From contig CAWAGQ010000004.1 in the NCBI GenBank assembly GCA_963781585.1, positions 832,001 to 896,000 of the forward strand: 64,000 bases of DNA. The letters are read 5' to 3'. This stretch comes from an uncultured Gemmatimonadaceae bacterium. Lineage in GTDB: Bacteria; Gemmatimonadota; Gemmatimonadetes; Gemmatimonadales; Gemmatimonadaceae. The position numbers and the translations under genes were made by a program. Position 1 is the stretch's first letter; every line of letters starts with the position of its first letter. Shown here one piece after another: positions 59,765 through 64,000 of the stretch. Below the pieces are notes generated by a model. That model was not told the DNA's origin and made no database searches. It saw only the letters and a program-made list of their open reading frames with translations.

Positions 59765-61456
59765 CTATTCGAACTCGGTCATCGGCGTTCGAATGCCTTC
59801 TTTACGCGCCGTCTCGACCGCGATCTCGTAGCCGGCATCCACGTGTCGCGCCACACCGATGCCCGGGTCGTTGGTCAGGACCCGTTCCAGACGCTCGCGC
59901 ATCTCCGGGGTGCCATCTGCTACGATGACCTGGCCGGCATGCAGGGAATTGCCGATCCCCACACCACCGCCATGGTGGAACGATACCCATGACGCACCAC
60001 TGGCGACGTTGAGCATTGCGTTGAGAATCGGCCAGTCCGCGATAGCGTCACTGCCGTCGCGCATCGCTTCCGTTTCGCGGAAGGGTGATGCCACGCTGCC
60101 GGTATCGAGGTGGTCCCGGCCGATCACGATGGGCGCGCTCAGCTCGCCTCGCGCCACGAGGTCGTTGAGCGCGACGCCGAAGCGCGCCCTCTGCCCCTGT
60201 CCGAGCCAGCAGATGCGTGCCGGTAGCCCCTGGAACTGGATCTTCTCACGGGCCAGGGTGATCCAGCGCCGCAGGTGCTCGTCGTCGCCGAACAACTCGA
60301 GGACGAGTTCATCGGTGCGATAGATGTCGGCCGGGTCGCCTGACAGCGCCACCCAGCGGAATGGCCCCTTCCCCTCGCAGAAGAGGGGCCGGATGTACGC
60401 CGGCACGAATCCCGGAAAGTCGAACGCGTTCTGCAGGCCGGCGTCGAACGCCACGGTCCGGATATTGTTGCCATAGTCGAAGGTCACTGCGCCACGCCGC
60501 TGCATCTCGAGCATCGCCGAGACGTGTACCACGATCGACGCCGACGCGCGCTCGACGTACGCACGGGGATCCCGCGCCCGCAGCGCGCGCGCCGCGTCCA
60601 GCGTCATGCCGTTCGGCACGTACCCGTTGAGCGTATCGTGCGCGCTGGTCTGATCGGTGAGCACATCCGGCGTGACGCCGCGCCGCACCAGCTCGGGCAG
60701 CACATCGGCGGCGTTGCCAACCAGCCCGACCGACAGCGGGGTGCGGGCGTCGCGCGCCGCGGCGATCCACTGCAGGGCTTCGTCCAGCGAACGGGTCATG
60801 CGATCGCAGTACCGTGTGGTGAGTCGCTTGTCCACACGCGTCTCGTCCACCTCGACCGCCAGCATCACGCCGCCGCACATGCTCGCGGCCAGCGGTTGCG
60901 CCCCGCCCATGCCGCCCAGTCCTGCCGTCAGCACGAACCGACCGGCCAGCGAGCCGCCGAAATGCTCTCGCGCGACGGCGCCGAAAGTCTCGTAGGTGCC
61001 CTGGATGATCCCCTGGGATCCGATGTAGATCCAGGATCCCGCCGTCATCTGCCCGTACATGATGAGGCCCCTGCGTTCCAGCTCGCGAAAGACGTCCCAG
61101 GTGGCCCACCGGCCGACCAGGTTGCTGTTGGCGATCAGCACGCGTGGCGCTCCGGAGTGCGTGCGGAAGACGCCGACCGGCTTCCCGCTCTGCACCAACA
61201 TGGTCTCGTCGTTGTCGAGGGTGCGGAGCGTGCGCACGATGGCATCGAACGCCTCCCACGACCGGGCGGCGCGCCCCGTGCCGCCATAAACCACGAGGTC
61301 ATCCGGACGCTCGGCGACGTCCGGGTCGAGGTTGTTCATGATCATTCGCAGCGCCGCTTCCTGCTGCCAGCTGCGGCACGAGATCCGCGGTCCGCGTGGG
61401 GCGCGCACTTCACGGGCCCCACTCGCACATGTCGCGCTGGGAGACATCGTCGCCAT
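59765..61456 (-). CDS. hutU: Urocanate hydratase
   Basis: [44 protein letters not shown] and GRDHLD; GGAGGAG SD. Confidence 0.98.
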   Translation of the reverse strand: MATMSPSATCASGAREVRAPRGPRISCRSWQQEAALRMIMNNLDPDVAERPDDLVVYGGTGRAARSWEAFDAIVRTLRTLDNDETMLVQSGKPVGVFRTHSGAPRVLIANSNLVGRWATWDVFRELERRGLIMYGQMTAGSWIYIGSQGIIQGTYETFGAVAREHFGGSLAGRFVLTAGLGGMGGAQPLAASMCGGVMLAVEVDETRVDKRLTTRYCDRMTRSLDEALQWIAAARDARTPLSVGLVGNAADVLPELVRRGVTPDVLTDQTSAHDTLNGYVPNGMTLDAARALRARDPRAYVERASASIVVHVSAMLEMQRRGAVTFDYGNNIRTVAFDAGLQNAFDFPGFVPAYIRPLFCEGKGPFRWVALSGDPADIYRTDELVLELFGDDEHLRRWITLAREKIQFQGLPARICWLGQGQRARFGVALNDLVARGELSAPIVIGRDHLDTGSVASPFRETEAMRDGSDAIADWPILNAMLNVASGASWVSFHHGGGVGIGNSLHAGQVIVADGTPEMRERLERVLTNDPGIGVARHVDAGYEIAVETARKEGIRTPMTEFE

Positions 61457-61535
61457 CACCTGCTCCTCCAGGCGGACTGACGCCTCTCCGCCACATTCGG
61501 GAAAACCTGCGCCGGTCTGCGGACCTGCGTGCCCA

Positions 61536-63050
61536 TCAATCGGCCGCCACCGCGAACCGGCCCGCCGCAATAGCCGCGGCGACCATGGCGATGTCGGGCG
61601 CAAGGGAGCGGTCGCGCTGCAGGGTGCGCACCATGCCGCGCATCTCGCGGTGTGCACGCTCGACGCCGGCGCCGGCGCGCAGCGGACGGCGGTAGTCGAT
61701 CCCCTGCATGGCGCAGAGCAGCTCGATCGCCAATACGTGACGTACATTGTGCACGATCCGGCGCAACTTCCACGCTCCGCCCATCGCCATCGGAACCACG
61801 TCCTCCTTGCCGCCGTCGGTGGGGATGGAATCCACGCTCGCCGGGTGGGAAAGCAACTTGCACTCGCTGGTGAGCGCGGCTGCCGTAACCTGCGTCATCA
61901 TGAAGCCGGAGCTGACGCCGGCGTCCGTGGTCAGAAACGGCGGCAGCCCCTGATTGAGGTCGGGATGCACCAGCCGGTCGATGCGGCGCTCGGAGATTAC
62001 CGCGAGATTGGTGAGCGCGATCGCGAGCACGTCCATGGCGAGCGCCACCGGTTGCCCGTGAAAGTTCCCGCCGCTGAGCATGACGCCGTCGCCGAAGACG
62101 AGCGGATTGTCGGTGGCCGCGTTCAGCTCACGCGCCACGATGTCCTGGACGAAGTGAATCGCGTCGGACACCGGCCCGTGCACCTGCGGCATGCAGCGTA
62201 GCGCATACGCGTCCTGCACCCGCGGATCGTTGTACCGGTGCGATTCGCGGATCTCGCTGTCGGCAAGGAGGCGCATCAGAAGCGCGGCCGAACGCTGCTG
62301 ACCCACCTGTCCACGTACGTCATGAATTCGCGGGTCGAACGCCACCGGCGTGCCGAGGAGCGCCTCGAGCGACGCTGCCCCCGCGACGTGCGCCGTCTCC
62401 CATAATGTCGTCGCGTCGGTCAACGAAAGTGACGCGATGGCGGTGTGCGCCTGGGTTCCGTTGACGAGTGCGACGCCTTCCTTTGGCGCGAGGGACACCG
62501 GGGCGAGCCCCGCCGCCTTCAGCATGTCCAGCGCCGGACCGCGGTCCCCACCGCGAAAGAGGTCCCCTTCCCCAACCAGAGCCAGTGCCAGGTGGGACAG
62601 GGGCGCCAGGTCTCCGCTCGCGCCTACGCTCCCCTGCTCCGGGATGGGCGGATACAGCCCCGTGTTCAGCATGCCGGCCAGGAGTTCAACGAGCGCGGGA
62701 CGCACCCCCGAGTAGCCTTTGGCCAGTACGTTGGCGCGGAGCAGCATCATGGCGCGGGTCTCGTCTTCGGCCAGCAGCGGGCCGACCCCCACCGCGTGCG
62801 ATCGCACCAGGTTCATCTGGAGATCGACCAGCCGGTCGTGTGGGATCGCGACGTCGGACAACTTGCCGAATCCCGTGGTCACGCCGTACACCGCCTCGTT
62901 GCGCTCGAGCTTGCCGTCCACGATAGCCCGCGTACGAAGCATCTGTGCGCGGGCCGCGTCGCTCAGAGCGACGGGGGCCCGGTCGCGCGCCACGCGCGCA
63001 ACCGCACTGATGGAGAGGGAGTCGCCGTCGATGACGATCGAGGCTGGCAT
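61536..63050 (-). CDS. hutH: Histidine ammonia-lyase
   Basis: YG.TTGFG, MIO-forming [26 protein letters not shown] and GGNFH. Confidence 0.96.
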   Translation of the reverse strand: MPASIVIDGDSLSISAVARVARDRAPVALSDAARAQMLRTRAIVDGKLERNEAVYGVTTGFGKLSDVAIPHDRLVDLQMNLVRSHAVGVGPLLAEDETRAMMLLRANVLAKGYSGVRPALVELLAGMLNTGLYPPIPEQGSVGASGDLAPLSHLALALVGEGDLFRGGDRGPALDMLKAAGLAPVSLAPKEGVALVNGTQAHTAIASLSLTDATTLWETAHVAGAASLEALLGTPVAFDPRIHDVRGQVGQQRSAALLMRLLADSEIRESHRYNDPRVQDAYALRCMPQVHGPVSDAIHFVQDIVARELNAATDNPLVFGDGVMLSGGNFHGQPVALAMDVLAIALTNLAVISERRIDRLVHPDLNQGLPPFLTTDAGVSSGFMMTQVTAAALTSECKLLSHPASVDSIPTDGGKEDVVPMAMGGAWKLRRIVHNVRHVLAIELLCAMQGIDYRRPLRAGAGVERAHREMRGMVRTLQRDRSLAPDIAMVAAAIAAGRFAVAAD

Positions 63051-63093
63051 GGGGGGAATGTCGAGATCCCCCACGCGCAATTCAAGGAGTCCC

Positions 63094-64000
63094 TCAGGGT
63101 CGCGGCGTCGTTGTGCCCCGCGGATAGTCGCGGATCGGGTAGTCGATGTGCAGGTCGGGCTCTGCCTTGAGCGCGATATAGAAGTTGAAGGCGAAGTTGC
63201 CGTTGGGAGCGCGCGTGAACGAGAACGTGACGTCCCAGTCGTGCAGCTCCCGCTGCAGCGATACCACCTGGCTGGCGAACTGTCTGCGCTGGAAATCGTA
63301 GTTCGTGGCCCACTGGGCAGCCCAGTTCTCGGTGATATGAAAGCTCATCGTGGACTGCACATTTGACTGAGGCGGGGTCCGGAAGTACGTGCCTCCCAGC
63401 GTGGTCTGCTGATACAGATTTCCCGAGTTGGCGGTGCCGCTGTTCTGCCGCACGCAGGTATCGTAGGTGTAGAGATCAGCCTGGTACTGCTGGCAGACCG
63501 CCGTGGGATCGATGAACTCCGTGTTGGAGCCGGTGGCAGGACGCTGGCGCTGCGAGCTGTAGCTCAGATTCACCGTCCACCCCCGCCCCTTGGGAATGGT
63601 CATCGCGGCGCGGCGGACCCCGCCGGCGATGGGCTGTCCCGCAATGAACTGTGCGGGTGGGGTTGCCTGCTGGGTCTCCGCGGTCTGCTGGCCCGCCGAC
63701 GCGCCCGGCTCGCCGGAGCTCACCCCCAGCAGGCGCCCCAGCGCCCGGATGAGAGGGGAATCGGGACCCAGCGACAGACTGGCCCGAATGGTCTCGCGAT
63801 ACGGCTTGAAGACCGCCGAGTCGGACAGGGGATCGCCCTGAAAGAGCGAATAGCCGGTACCGAAATCGAATCCGGGGAGGAGGTCCGACCGAAGCGTCAG
63901 ATCCACGTTGCGGGTGGTGAGGCCCGTCTTGCCGGTCACGCGCGCACGCTCGAAGTCGTACGAGAGGGGCGACATGTCGACCGAGAGCAGCTTCACGTGC
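63094..64000 (-). CDS. C-terminal part of an outer-membrane beta-barrel protein, putative LptD-like (truncated by the window edge)
   Basis: Beta-strand-rich; W...W...YDF...L.R.LH.W...F.F pattern typical of LptD C-termini. Confidence 0.65.
   Translation of the reverse strand, partial: HVKLLSVDMSPLSYDFERARVTGKTGLTTRNVDLTLRSDLLPGFDFGTGYSLFQGDPLSDSAVFKPYRETIRASLSLGPDSPLIRALGRLLGVSSGEPGASAGQQTAETQQATPPAQFIAGQPIAGGVRRAAMTIPKGRGWTVNLSYSSQRQRPATGSNTEFIDPTAVCQQYQADLYTYDTCVRQNSGTANSGNLYQQTTLGGTYFRTPPQSNVQSTMSFHITENWAAQWATNYDFQRRQFASQVVSLQRELHDWDVTFSFTRAPNGNFAFNFYIALKAEPDLHIDYPIRDYPRGTTTPRP

Overview
High-GC bacterial chromosomal segment, densely coding, with about 57 protein genes (all but two on the minus strand) and two tRNAs. 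It looks like core genome. Gene content and order suggest Gemmatimonadota, which is an inference and was not checked by search. From left to right: rsmA; a GAF-PP2C/RsbW/STAS partner-switching trio; pta, coaD, rsmD, recJ; a Zn-ribbon protein; dnaG; a frameshifted mutS2; yqeY, rpsU; HIT, rsmE, prmA, dnaJ, hrcA, hemW; dprA, obgE, a CMD protein and a class-3 asparaginase; a heptose kinase; tRNA(CAT), an OFA-type MFS with a 45-aa partner, tRNA-Val; gmd, hflX, LEA2, rarA, cca, SDR, gmhA, a PHP phosphatase, alaS, recX, recA, yraN, ftsK, comB; accC, pilT, accB, pepP, aroQ and a TPR protein; a PpiD/SurA-type protein; tatA, a DUF4321-like protein, a polyprenyl synthase, a giant TPR protein, hutI, a radical SAM enzyme, hutU, hutH; and the 3' end of an LptD-like gene. 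I found no integrase, transposase, prophage, CRISPR array or defence system. The best leads for undescribed biology are: (1) a radical SAM/SPASM-like gene translationally coupled inside the hut operon; (2) a dispersed type IV pilus/polarity-like set, made of pilT between accB and accC plus two acidic TPR scaffolds, one SgmX-like; (3) a candidate ~115-nt structured RNA inside a sigma-less Rsb-like module; (4) a TTCG-N7-TTCG operator wrapped around the recA -10 box; and (5) repeated leaderless-mRNA promoter geometry. Start codons were refined by eye and all product calls come from motif recognition, not database searches.
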